Both the position numbers and the translations under genes were made by a program. The notes under the pieces are model-generated. The model saw nothing but the letters and a program-made list of their open reading frames with translations, ran no database searches and had not been told where the DNA came from. From the NCBI GenBank assembly GCA_030295235.1, contig AP026131.1:186001-250000 (forward strand): a stretch of 64,000 nucleotides of DNA. Reading direction: 5' to 3'. Shown one piece after another: positions 1 to 12,395 of this stretch (positions are counted from its first letter, which is position 1; every line of letters begins with the position of its first letter). The stretch is from Fistulifera solaris (lineage: Eukaryota).

Positions 1-1803
1 GCCAATTCATCACCGCGAATCACAGGATGAACATAAAGAGCCATTTGAAGATGAAGTCGCGCTAAGGCAGTGTTGTTCAAAGCGCTGCAGTGCACGCGAA
101 GAGACTCATCATTTTGTTGCAATGATGCTTGCCGTTCAGTAGCATGATCCGAGAAGTCCAAATAACATTCGCCACGAGATGCGATCAGGAGCGGTTTATC
201 CGTATACAGTTGCTCATCTGTCAAGTCAACACAATGTGCAAGAGCTGCCACCGCTTCTGGGGAAGCAAAAACTTCACCGTCGTTGGCAACATCGGCAGCG
301 ATAGAGACCTGTCGAATTTTAGAGGTTTTAGCGTCTTGGTCCGGTTGCCTCATGTTCCTACAATCGAGCTACCTACCTGCTCGATTGGTTCGCCAAGGAT
401 AAGAAACTCCCTCCTCAACTCAATTGCATCCTCTTCCTCCTCGCCATCTTTAAAATCACCAACATGAAGCCCGGTCATTTTCCCTACGCCAACACCGCAG
501 TGCACATTCAACATAGCCTCGTTTTTGCTCGGTGACGCGGACGTGACATGAAAATCGCTGAACTTTGCGACAATGGAACACGCGCATTGGGCCGCCATCA
601 AAACACAAGTTGAGAGCTTGGGTACTTCGCCATCATCCCACATGAATTCATTCACTGATGCGAGAGACGCATTTAAATTTTCCAGAGGATTGCGTACATT
701 GAGACCGGATGCTCCGTCCTCGCTCACGACTCTCCATTCCGCAAAAATGCATCTCCGGCGAATTTTAAGATATCTCCACCATGTTGAATCACTTCAGTCA
801 CAATCATATCGAAGTAGGCATTGATTACTTTGGATAATGATTCCGCATCGAGCATAGTCGACAGTTTCGTAAAGCCGGACATGTCGACAAACAAAAGTGC
901 GCTCTCCCGCGGAACACTCTTGGGCAATTGCATAAAGGAATGATTTCCCTTGTCTTGCAATTTGATGAGGTTTTCCGACAATCGCTGGCCATCGAGGACG
1001 TCCGCCGAAGATGCCAAGTCATCCATGGAACTCACACTCGCAGCTTCGCCGCCTGTCTTTCTTCTCCCACCTCGTCGAGTTTGTCGAGACTTGACTGGCG
1101 TGCTGCTTCTCCAAACTTCCAGCTCGTGGGTAATCAAGTCTTCCATGACAGTCTTTGGTGTGTGAAACGAGAACCACACAACACTTTCGATGAGCTGTTC
1201 TTTTTTGAGCTTGAGGTGTGCATCTGTATCATTCCGGGCCATATTGGCGGTGGGTAGCGTCAAAGAAGACTGATGCATAAGGGCCACCATGGCTAGATTG
1301 GAAAGGTCTGCAGAGCTATGACCCACGCGAGGAGATTGCGACGTGGCATAAGAGGATGATTGCCCGAGCACACCCCCGAGACTCAAGGAAGCATCCGACA
1401 TATCCGACGAGTCATCCAGTGCACGCGACCTCCGAATATTGCCAGGAAGTACGGGTAAGCCAGTCTCCGTACTCTTGTGTCGATTGAGTTTGTTGCGTCC
1501 TCCATCTGTGCTGGAGTTCAAATAACGAGCAAGTCCCATTGTGCTATTCGCATTTGAAGTAGTATCACTTTCGCTTTCTTCGCTGTTATAACGGGCGGCC
1601 GGGCTTAAAATGACCGAGGTCCGGTAGGAATTAGCGAACGATTCAACACCGTCTACTGAGTTTCTTCGTTCTTCGCGACGACCGGGTCGTCGAGTAAGTC
1701 CAGTCATTAGTTGCTGATCAAATGAATTTGTACGCGAAGTTCCTCGACGCGGATCCATTTCCATGGATCGAGATCTTGCTGGTTTCATGGGACGAGGATC
1801 CAT
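1..1803 (-). CDS. Class III adenylate/guanylate cyclase (soluble adenylyl cyclase-like), 5' part; continues beyond the window start
   Basis: Motifs LLFVDMSGFTKLS, GGDILKFAGDA and LNVHCGVGVG. A frameshift at the A5 run (743-747) joins ORFs 724-1803 and 350-727. GT-AG intron 309-376 restores GEPIEQ|VSIAADVANDGEVFASPEA. Confidence 0.88.
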
Positions 1804-2260
1804 TTTGATGACTGATTTCTCTTATAAGGGCAATCTTTACTTATTTTCTCTTAAAGTAGCAACGAGAGACGGATTCAGCGTCTGATTGAAAGAATCGCTC
1901 AAAGGATCCAGAAGCCTAAAAGCTCGGCAGCAACTTTCTCGGCCCGTCCAGGTCAAAATTGGTCCCAACTTCCACTTGACTCACTCTCTTTCTTGGTGAG
2001 TCGCTAGAAGGTAAAGTTAAAGGATGTTGTTATCGCTATGCTGTCGTTGATTGTCAATGCTACCAGGTACGGCGAGAGAGTTATTACCTGGTATGTTTGT
2101 TGTTGCGCAACAAGGTGGTAAAAATCTGAACTTTATTGACAGGCCCATTGCGGTAACTTTTTACGTACAGAAGGCCACAGAACGGGTCACAATGAAACAA
2201 TGACTTTTAGGTCCCGCTATTTAGTCACGCATTAAACATCTGAGATGATTGTTGCTGGCG

Positions 2261-2310
2261 CCTGTATCTAGAAAAAATACGGGCGTAGCCGTATTTTTTC
2301 TAGCCTGTAT
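2261..2310. mobile_element. 36-bp perfect hairpin (2268-2303) flanked by a 7-bp direct repeat CCTGTAT; candidate micro-MITE
   Basis: CTAGAAAAAATACGG-gcgtag-CCGTATTTTTTCTAG, with CCTGTAT at 2261-2267 and 2304-2310. Confidence 0.6.
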
Positions 2311-2854
2311 GGCGGAGAAGTTTTACCGTCGTGATGATGATCCGACGCTGAAGTCGAAAGACCGTCAGTCTATTTTTGGCAATAAACGCTTTTGTTTTCT
2401 TGGAAATTGGAAAAATACAACGCTTCGAATGTCTACGTCGTTTCACGTAGCGCTCGTAGGGAAATTTATCGACAGAGGGAAGCCCGGATGTTAGTATGTA
2501 ACTTCGACAACACTATGTCTCGCGTCTTTTGAACACTAATGTCAACAATATTTTGCTTATCAGCGCTAATGTGAGCCAAGAAGCACTAATCGACGTTGAC
2601 TTGACAGTGAAAGATGAAACAGTACAAGATACAAAGCTTCCTGTGTCTACGCGCATATTACGTTGCCGCGGTAGGAATTTTATCGATGTTAAGCAGCAGA
2701 CTACAGTTTCCATTATAGTAGACTAGAGCAAGTGTTTACAAGAGGGACCATCAACCATCCACCATCCACGATAAAATTATCTAGAAATAACAGGTTGAAA
2801 GGCATTACCAACAACAAATGTTAGGTCGATGGCGTGGTTTCTAAGTTCCGCTAA

Positions 2855-3865
2855 CTATTTCCGTCGCCGTAAACATTGTATCAAAGACGGCTGCTTTATG
2901 CTTTTGACAGGATCGCCTTGAAAATGAAAATCGCAGGATTCCAACTCAATATACTCACATTCGTAGTCTTCCCCGTATGCATAGGATCGTCCAGCCTCGC
3001 CACACAAGCGTCGTGGCATGACAAAGACAACAACTCGAGCTTCATACTCCTCCATAGCGTGATCGACAAATTCTTGTGCTAAATGAAACGGAGGATTTCC
3101 AATCACAATACAAGGTTCACTATCATCGATTCCAAAATCGCGCTTGCTACTAGAAAGAAAATCAGCAGCTATCCACTGAATCTGGCTCATGCTGGAATTC
3201 GTAGAATGCTTATGTCGACAATGCGAAACAGCTTCCGAATCAACATCAAGGCCCAAAATTTTCCACCCTGTTATCGATTGTTGGACTTCTTCGACCAAAG
3301 CTTCTATAATGATCCCGTGCCCACAGCTTGGCTCAATAATAACCCAATCGCTCACCTGATCCGTTATTAACCTTTCCATTAAAACTCTTGCCAAATGCTT
3401 CGCATTGTCTATACTACAAAAGTACTGCCCCAACTGCTTGGACTGCCGGCAGTCAATGTGATCACTTGGGCTGGAACAGAGATTCTCAGTGTCACATTGA
3501 CGTGAAAATAGACTCCACGCTTGAGCATGGTTCTTTCGAACTGTCAATAGAAAATGGTCCAAGATCTGCAAACTCTTTTTCATGTAAGGCTTCCAGCGAT
3601 CATCACTCCTCTTCTCGACTGCAGGGTCGGGTCGTTGCCATGGTGATTCTTGCGCTAATTGTCGAAAGGCTGCTTTCGGTAGAGGCACGGATGACTGTCG
3701 TGACAAGACCAAGAAATCCAGCTTTGATCTCCACCAACTCCCTGTTTCCAATCGAACCTTCCACGCCGGAAAACGCTTGCCGGATTTTTCGATCCATACT
3801 TGCTCGTATCCGCACTCGAGGATATACGGAGTAGTTGTATCTGTTGTTGTTAAAGCTTCTGTCAT
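2855..3865 (-). CDS. Class I SAM-dependent amino-methyltransferase (NPPF type) with a possible N-terminal PX-like domain
   Basis: KQLGQYF, motif I IIEPSCGHG, GLDVD, ADFL and motif IV IGNPPF. First ATG (MTEAL) is at 3865. Intronless ORF. Confidence 0.8.
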   Translation of the reverse strand: MTEALTTTDTTTPYILECGYEQVWIEKSGKRFPAWKVRLETGSWWRSKLDFLVLSRQSSVPLPKAAFRQLAQESPWQRPDPAVEKRSDDRWKPYMKKSLQILDHFLLTVRKNHAQAWSLFSRQCDTENLCSSPSDHIDCRQSKQLGQYFCSIDNAKHLARVLMERLITDQVSDWVIIEPSCGHGIIIEALVEEVQQSITGWKILGLDVDSEAVSHCRHKHSTNSSMSQIQWIAADFLSSSKRDFGIDDSEPCIVIGNPPFHLAQEFVDHAMEEYEARVVVFVMPRRLCGEAGRSYAYGEDYECEYIELESCDFHFQGDPVKSIKQPSLIQCLRRRK

Positions 3866-4554
3866 AGTTATCCAAAATAACGTTATGATGCACTGATCAT
3901 GTCGTCGAAAAATCCTGCTTGCAAGCAACCATCGACTACATTTCAGTCATGATCTTTGCCCCGAAAACAATTGAAACAATAAAGGCAACAAATATATCAA
4001 AGCATCATCAGTGTACGAAGTGAATAAATAAAAAATGAAAAGTCTTTACAAAGCACCAAAATTGTTCGAAACGCAACGGCGGGGACAATCGCAATACAGA
4101 TTTTCTGTTTGATCTGAGTCTCCACACTCAAATTTCTATGACACTCACTACCTGGTATATTTCCAAAGTGTAAATTACTTTTTCGACGACTAAATTTCAG
4201 TCACGAGAAGTGAGACAATATACATGATGGATCGTAGAATGCGAAAACAGTACCGACGAGTACCGCTTAATGAGAAACGTCCTCCATGCGCCTCGTCGCT
4301 CTCTTACTTTATTTCTTTCGCATCAGGTCGCAGTCGTAGCCAACGACAAAATTTCGTCCGCATGCGTTTGACACCTGACGATGATCGATGCTTCATTCGA
4401 ATGAATACAAGTACATTGCGTCACAAAGCTGTAAGAGAATTATAGGACTTGTACATTAGTCAAGAATTTAAAAGGCAAGAAATTCTTCTACAATGAGTTT
4501 CCGAGCGACTGTGTAAATACTTTGTATATTTCCATTCTATTCTTCTGAAACAAC

Positions 4555-7500
4555 ATGCGGCAAACCTGGAAGCAATTGATCCTGAGCTCACTATGCTGGG
4601 CGTTATCATCATCTTTTCATCTATCGCCTCAACCAGGAGGGATAGAACACAGAGAAATAATACGACACAAACCGCAATTTACAAGAATACAAAAGATCAT
4701 TTCACAAAGGTTCGACACCGAAAGACAGAATTATGGATGTCGAGTCAGTCATCGATTCATAAAAATGAAGGAAATGCCACACATGTTAAACGAAACACTA
4801 ATACAAATAAGGAAAAGATGCAAGACGATATCAGTCGGCGACTGGCCATGTCGAAAGATCGACCGTTGTCAGAGCATCCTCCACCCACAACTAGCGCGGA
4901 TGCGAAGAAAACCCTCAGCCATGAAGAATATTCAACCATTTTACTACCTCAGCAAAAACAGAAACAAAGCGATGCGGGAGGCGATCACAACTCGGAGAGG
5001 ATTCTTCGAAAACAGCGCGTGAGACTGAAACAGGCAAAGAAAAGGCCTCTTATCGACCGGAGATCACCGCAGCCCGTTCGAAAGACAATAACGGCGTCAA
5101 ATACACAGTCCGACCAACAGGGGACGAAACTGAAAACATATTCCTCTCTTCTTCCGCCTTTGACACCGGATTCCAGCGTGAACAGAGACTCTTGCGATGA
5201 ACTAGACGACGAAGATGATGAGAATGACCCTCTTTCGTCTGGTTTATCGTCGTGGGAAGAATTTTTAGGTGTGAACCCGTCAAAGCCTACTACCAGCACT
5301 CGGGCTGAATTGAAGAATGATGCGAAATACCCTAGAAAAGCGGAAGATACCCTAATAGGCGGTGATGGTATTGCGCAGCAACTACCTTCTATTCAAGATT
5401 TATTTCCTTCTACCATGCACTCTTTTCAAGCAGATGCTAAAAACCGACGGAGGATTACCGAAACAACGTCACGCTCGGCTCTTGATGGTGTACTGCCTGT
5501 ATCGGCTCTTTTCTATCGATCTTCGCAGCAACAAAAAACCGACGGAGCTCACGACGACGAAGACGAAGATGTTGACGATGAAGAGCTCCCTTTCTCGGCA
5601 GAACAGTCTGGATCTGTCAGCAGCGAAAATAACAAAGTCCGCATTCGTCGTAACCTGGCTTCGAAGCAAGTGCCGCCATCTAAACCGAAACGATCTTCTC
5701 GCGGTCGAAAACTTGTCCGACGAGGCATGGAGATGCTGGTGGGAGGGGTTCCAATCAACGCCGACCCTCCACAACGCGGTGTTGAGTTATATTACCAACC
5801 GGCGGCCATCGATTATCGCTTTGACTGGGCGAAAGTTGTATCGCTTAATACTCGAGTTTTTGGGCCTTTGCTCTACGCGGGTTTCATACCAAAGATGTCT
5901 CCAATTGAAAGAGGCCTGTTTTGCGAATATTGGACCAGCTCGGCATTGAAATGGGATATTTGTCCGAAAGATTTGCGCCAGATAGCCAGGGATCATTATT
6001 TGCAACAACAAATGTTCTCTTCAGAAAAGCCGAAACCGATTGACAAAAGAAAAGTCAAACAAAGTTCTAATGTTGAAAATACTCTAACTTACGAAGTCGA
6101 CGACAACCAAAGTTCGGACTCGAGCACGTCCCGGTCTGGAAACTCTTGCGCTATCAAGAAAGAAATTAGCCCGCTTGAGAACGGTGTGTTCGAAACGGAA
6201 GGCGAGTGTACCTTTGAAGTCGGCTTATCGCAAGATGAAATCGAATCCGCTTCCTACGAAATATTTGAGTCCGTTTTCAGTCGAGCCTTCACATCCGTTA
6301 TAGAAAAAGCTGTTCGTTCCTCTTCACCCGAAGCTGAAAGATACACAGTTGACATTCCGAGCATCAAGTTCGTCGAGACAGACGAGGGATACATTGACAT
6401 ACACGTCGGTTTCACGATAACGTTCAATGCGAACAGCCAAGAGAGTAAAGCAGCGATGGATACACAGAAACGAACCAAACGTATCAACGAAGCACTGCAA
6501 CAGGCCATGGATGATGGTGAAATTGCGTTAGAGTTAGCTCGAGCCGCGCAAGAAGAAAGTCGTTGGCCCGACGCCCTTCGTGACCGAATCGTCGAGGAAT
6601 GTTTGTTTCAAGACGACGCCGAACTCTTGAACGAAGCTGAGTATACACAGGCCAACGATACCATGCAGGAAGCGGAGAATAGTGATGCCAAACCCGATCG
6701 TAAAAAATCAGAGCCAAAGCGTCCACGGGAGAAGCGATCAACGTTGTACACCAGAGAAGATATGTTTTCTGGCGGAGGCACCGATGGTGTATTTTACAAT
6801 ATTTCGGCAGGTAATGCGCCGAATTCTCCTTACGGGGGACAAATCGGTCTGCGCTTAGTGGATGCTGTTGTGGAACGCGCGAAGCAACGCCAACCTCGAG
6901 TAATTGCCATTGGGGATGTACATGGCTGCATCGATGAATTGCAAGATTTATTGAGGGAGTGTGACTATCGGCCAGGGGACTTGGTTGTTTTTCTGGGTGA
7001 TTTGGTTTGCAAAGGCCCGGATAGTATTTCAGTCGTTCAAATGGCTCGTGAAATAGGCGCTATCGGGGTGAGAGGTAATCATGATTTTGAAGTCGTTCGG
7101 TGGCACCAGGCTATCATATCTGGAGTTGATCCCCCAGTGGTTCGATCAGAGCACTATCATATAGCGTCTTGTTTAAGCAAGGCCGACATGAAATGGATGT
7201 ATAGCCTACCTTGGTATATTTCCAGTCAAGACTTGAGTACTCTGTTTGTCCACGCTGGGTTCGTTTCCGGCATCCGTCTTGCAAAACAAAACCCTCGGCT
7301 TATGATGAACATGAGAAGTATTTTACCGGACGGTACCGTGACTTCCAAGTTCTTCAACAACTGGCCATGGGCACGTTTGTGGGACGGACCTCAGACTGTT
7401 TTATTTGGACACGGTACGTCTTCGTTGCACTGTTCGTTTGTTGTTGCTACATCGATACTTACTAATTCTGCGCTATTCTAGATGCCGACCGTGGTCTCCA

Positions 7501-7642
7501 GCAGTACGAACACGCCATAGGACTGGATACGGGGTGCGTGTACGGGGGCCGCTTAACAGCTTGTATTCTCCCCGAGAAGCGCCTCGTGAGTGTCAGCGCA
7601 CGACGAGAATATTTCAAGTACCGCCGGAAACATTACGATTAA
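4555..7642 (+). CDS. Calcineurin-like metallophosphoesterase (ApaH/PrpE-like) with a long low-complexity N-terminus; probable signal/plastid presequence
   Basis: GDVHG, GDLVCKG, VRGNHD, VHAG and FGH motifs. Intron 7414-7481 leads to DADRGLQ...GLDTGCVYGGRLTA. The likely start at 4555 (MRQTWKQLILSSLCWALSSSF) needs a frameshift into ORF 4593-7481. Confidence 0.85.
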
Positions 7643-8350
7643 TAATTGTGCTGCCCTTGGTGTGCAAAAGCACCTAGCACAGCCGACACAGCAGACACCT
7701 GTAACTATCACTCAAAGCCATAGATCAATGATTGCTTTTGTACATTTCTGCTTTTGAAATTGCTCGAACAACGCGTTACTGGTACTTCTTTCGCTTTCGT
7801 TTCACAATACAATACACTTTTTCGGATGACAGGATAATGAAGTTTACATGATGGTGTACAGAAGGTTAAGTTTTATGTACTACGGGGGTAATTTACTTCT
7901 GCATGCACATCATAGACGACTCGTCGCCTTTCGCTCAAGACTGATTCGAAATATTTGAGACGTGTTTGATGCCGGCTTTTCGCGCGTTCGAATGTGGGAA
8001 GGCAACGCACGCGTCTACTTTCTGAGGCTATATAGATGACGTCGGCCCTCCTGTGCGTGTTCCGTCGAATTTCAAAAATTCTGACGATGAAACGTGACTC
8101 GCTGGATACTCCGATCTGGTAGCTTTTCTACAGAAAATTGGCTGGCGCGGTCGACGAATCCTGAGTCACGAAAGAATCTTTTGAGTTGACTTTTCTCCCA
8201 AGTTCGATTGTTCTTTCGCAAAATTTCAGTGCAAGTCGACACATCATCATCACATCATCGACGACAATTGACGTAATTTAGGACAACAACTCAAGAGAAC
8301 CCCTTTAAATTACTCTATATTTAACCGCACAAGACAATTGAACCCGAAAC

Positions 8351-9141
8351 ATGATGCAGTCAGTCGCTTTGACCGAGTTGAATTGCAACGACGATGAATT
8401 CGTCATTGTAGAAGCACCTCGCGGATTGACCGAATCGAATGTGTTCGGGGGCTCCTCGCATACGCTTTCGTCATTAGCAGACGACGATGATGCTTCGTAC
8501 GACTACTGCGACGACGGCTATTCTATGCCTCCTACCGGCTCTTCGCACTGGGAAGAAACATTCGCAACAACAGGACGTGATATTAACGAAGAATTTAACT
8601 TGCCGCCGAACTTAACCGACACAGACGTGGAAGATGCGATTGATTATTTGCAGACAGAAAAATTTCCTTCGCTAGAGCTCAGCGACACGAAGATGATGAA
8701 GCAACCATTTCAGAGCTCCTTTTGCCTCTCTCTTGACGGCGCAACGGCGTGTACGATCCTTGAAATGAACGGAGACCGAGCGTCCTATTCGTCTTTACCT
8801 TCTTCCGTCTCAGAAGAAACGAAAGATGATGCATCTACTGCCACGGAAGATGAATCAGCCACTCGTTTACCGAGTTCTTTATCGGCAGCTGGATCAGGCG
8901 CGTCGAGCGTATCTACCCTTACCCGTCTTTCGAACAAGAAGAGACGCAAGCAAGTATTACTTGCGAAAAAGCAGCCGCCGCAGCCGCAGCTGCAGCTAAA
9001 TTAGCCGAGGTATCCGCAAACGAAATATCTCATCCGTCTCCCACCGCTAGCAACACCAAAAAGATATCATCACTTCATAAAAAAACGAAAAAATCAGCCT
9101 TGGGTCGCAGCAAATCCAAGAAGCTTCGCAACTTTTCTTGA
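8351..9141 (+). CDS. Hypothetical protein, acidic/Ser-rich with a basic C-terminus
   Basis: 217-aa ORF. A probable frameshift at the A run near 8966-8970 continues as AAAAAAAAKLAEV to a stop near 9140. No recognisable domain. Confidence 0.55.
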
Positions 9142-9515
9142 ACATAGTGCCCACAACTTTCGGACGTATCTACAGTCCATCCATGTGAACGTCCACTTTG
9201 AACGTCAATGACACAAAAAATTTGCAGAAAAATAAATTGCCGACGACTCGTCTCTCCTTTTCCAAAAACGCAAAAACATTAACTACATTGCAGTCGCAGC
9301 TCGCATCAATGAATGGAATTTGAATGAATGTGTTCAAGTCTTTCGATAATAGTATATCTATAGTATCTTTTTACAACAAACTATAATCTGAAGAATCCAG
9401 TTACATAGTCTTGCTACAGCCGGAATGTGCTGAACGAAATAAAATAGCTGAATCTCTTCCTCCTGTCGTCGAGGTCGATGCCTTTACAGTTCACAGTAAC
9501 CTTCGTCAACAGCTC

Positions 9516-10175
9516 TCAAGTACAGTTTCCAGCTTTCCTCCGTATAACAAATATGCCAAAAGTTGTTCCACGAAAGTTTTCTGGCATGAGATGATCTCCT
9601 AGTTTCTCGTAACGAAAGCCGCCTTTTGCTAAAAGGTCGAAAAATACGGCTTTCGTATCGGCCATGGTAACACCGAGAAGTACAATAGTCTTTGCCTTGA
9701 CAAAAAATTGGAGTGAAGCAATAAGGGGATCGTAAAGTTCTTCGCGGTAAGCAACATCCGAGCCAATAATGAGATCGAAATCTATCTTCGCCCACGCCTC
9801 ATTTTCTAGCGTTTCAAAATCTCCCCATTTGTGCTTGACAACGTAAACTTCGGAATTTTGTAGGATATGCTGATTTGCTTGCAGCGTTTTTCGAATCAGC
9901 TGTAAATGTTGATCGTCTAGATCTGTCACCACGAGCGATTGTACGGATCCCCACGCTGCTAAACAAACCGACAACAATCCATTGCCACTGCCTAATTCAA
10001 GGACCTTTAAAGGATCCAGCCGAGCTTGCTTCGCAGCGTGCTCTGTTTTGAAATAATGAGCTAATGCTAAACCTGTACTCCACAAACCTCCACCGATGCC
10101 GGTCGACCAGTCTTCTTGAAAATAGATGGGTTGATCTCGGATGGTCAAGAAAGGTGATGTCAGTTCCGATTCCAT
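9516..10175 (-). CDS. METTL21/EFM-like lysine methyltransferase (family 16)
   Basis: GIGGGLW, VLELGSGNG, VVTDL, HKWG and DLIIGSDVAY motifs. Confidence 0.9.
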   Translation of the reverse strand: MESELTSPFLTIRDQPIYFQEDWSTGIGGGLWSTGLALAHYFKTEHAAKQARLDPLKVLELGSGNGLLSVCLAAWGSVQSLVVTDLDDQHLQLIRKTLQANQHILQNSEVYVVKHKWGDFETLENEAWAKIDFDLIIGSDVAYREELYDPLIASLQFFVKAKTIVLLGVTMADTKAVFFDLLAKGGFRYEKLGDHLMPENFRGTTFGIFVIRRKAGNCT

Positions 10176-11593
10176 TGTTTTATTATTTCAAGCTTTCGCA
10201 ACACGTCTGCACAAATAGAATGTTTTATGTGCAAATACAATTCCTTTTACAACAAATATAAACGAAACAGCGAAGATAAATTCATTCATCGACCCTTTTG
10301 TCGCATCTTCTTCAAATAAATACAGTACTACTTCATCACGCCTCATAAATACTAAAGGGTTAAGGATATAATCGTGGTTTAGGGTGTGCGTTCTACTACC
10401 GGTACTCTAATAAGAAGCACTCTCTAAGTGCCTGTGTGACATCGGACGAAAAGGTGCGCCATGGCGCCAAACAACGCAACAACACACAACATGCGACGCA
10501 AAAAGCCAAGCACCGTAAACCTTACCAGTACATGGAAATCGACATGTCCCGTCTTCTTCTTGTAGAAAGTATTGAACGCTGTTGCTTTTAATATGTCTCA
10601 TCGATTGTGCGCCAAAGTCACCGTAAATGACAGTGAGTGTGGGGGAGAGAAAATACGACAAAAGAGGAAGTGCTAGTTTAATTCGAGTTCGCCCGCTGAT
10701 GCGAACCGACGATCAAGGCTTCGAGTGCATCTATCATCAGATCTCTTGAATAATCTCGATCGGCTTGTCTCAGTATTCTTCGACAGTGAGACTTGGTCGT
10801 CCTGATCTCAATCAAAGATGTGCGTAACGAACATTCTGTAGACACCGTGACGACATTGCATCATGGGATGCCAACAAGAAGAAGAGGCGCTTGCTTCATG
10901 TTTTTGCGAACCCTTGATACTCGACCCGACCACTGTTGTAATCCCTATACCATAGACTGAGCGCGATCGGTTCTGTTATAAAGGCGTCACTCGACGCTGA
11001 ATGTGGCGAAGAACGAGTCGGTCCTCCAAACATGCAACGCAAAATCGGGAAAAACAATCTGCTGAGAGCTGTGAGAGAGATTCCTCTATATTCTATATCA
11101 CAAACCTTACACAGTCATTGTCTTAAATGCTATCGGTCATTCGGTGCCTTAGAGTGAGGGAGAGATGAAAACACGAGTCTGGAGTCGCGATTCGGGCTAC
11201 AAGATTCATATGACAACGAAACTTCAAAGACTTCATGGAAAATGTGTAGAAGATAGTGGATTCATAACGCTCATAATCGTTGAAACCTGGTGGGTGGTGG
11301 CGCTTCGATGACGGGTGAACATGCATCGACAGCAAATTACGACCGCTTTGTTTGGTATTGAAGCATCATAAACAAGCAGACATTAGCACAGAAGCTAAAC
11401 TAGCAACATGTCACACCAGGGCGTCGGAGTCAAAGGAAAAGATAACCAAGATTAGGGGGCTATTTGAGATCGAGATCGCTTTCATCGATGCAATCAAAAG
11501 ATGATTAAAAATCGTAGCACTGCTTCTCTACAAACATTCTTGAAATTAGCTAATCGTGCTGCGCGTTCTTCGTCCCCATCCGTTACCTGGTAT

Positions 11594-12395
11594 GATGTAT
11601 GATGTGTGATGTGTGATGTACGATGTACTCGTAAATTTCTCAGTACGAAATTCTTGTTTAAGGCAGTACATTTACTATCAATTGGACCTTAGACCTTAGA
11701 CCTTAAACAGCGTTTTCACGTTTTCACTTTTCACTTACAATGTTGCAATGTTACAATGTTACAATGTTGCGGATTACGAAGTCTTTGTCTTTGGTCTTTC
11801 TTCTTACGACTTAAGACTTGAAATCAATGACTGCACACTGCGCACGATCACGTCCTGGGTCCTGGGTCCTGGAGAATGGAGACTCTAAGACCTAAGACTC
11901 TAGAGTCTAGAGACTTCAGACGTCTAGAGAGACTAGAGACAGAGACTCTTTGTACCAGGTACCATGATGAATGCTGAATGCTGAATGCTCATGTTGTTTA
12001 CGGTTTGTTGTGGAGAGAAAGACGCCAGATGATGATCTTCGAACTTTATTTACAGTACTCTGCCTTCGATATTAGGTCAGAACCAGGAAAGGACGTTAAA
12101 ATTCTGCCTCTCAGTACAAATTTCTACGTAGAGCCTACGGCGAGGCAGAATTTTAACGTCGTTTCCAGTAGAGTCATTGGTCATTGGTGCATTGCTTTTT
12201 GCAAGGGGAAATCAGTTGCTCTTTACATCGAAGATCGAAGAAGCAGAACGCAGAACGCAGAACTCGAAGTTAGGTTGTCCAATTTCAAATAATACAAACA
12301 GTAAAATAGGCACTCTACGATGATAAGTAGTGACTTTCACCTGATGACCGCAAACCGCAAACCTAGTCTCTAGACTCTAGAGACTCTAGAGACTA
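11594..12395. repeat. Cluster of unrelated short tandem duplications, mostly with 7-nt units
   Basis: GATGTRY x5 (11594-11628), GACCTTA x3 (11685-11705), GTCCTGG x3 (11852-11872), GAATGCT x3 (11969-11989) and GCAGAAC x3 (12243-12263), plus some 8- and 9-nt units. Confidence 0.85.
12086..12166. mobile_element. ~81-bp MITE-like hairpin element, copy 1
   Basis: Perfect 19-bp inverted repeat GACGTTAAAATTCTGCCTC (12092-12110 / 12142-12160), extendable to 25 bp with one mismatch. Near-identical copy at 58291-58373. Confidence 0.75.

Noticed and set aside
2855..3865. Bacterial restriction-modification or defence locus
   Set aside because: There is no adjacent nuclease or operon, and the neighbouring genes are intron-containing eukaryotic genes.
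10400..11550. Possible gene or ncRNA in the long intergenic stretch
   Set aside because: Only short ORFs without motifs, and no tRNA, snRNA or transposase signature that I could recognise.
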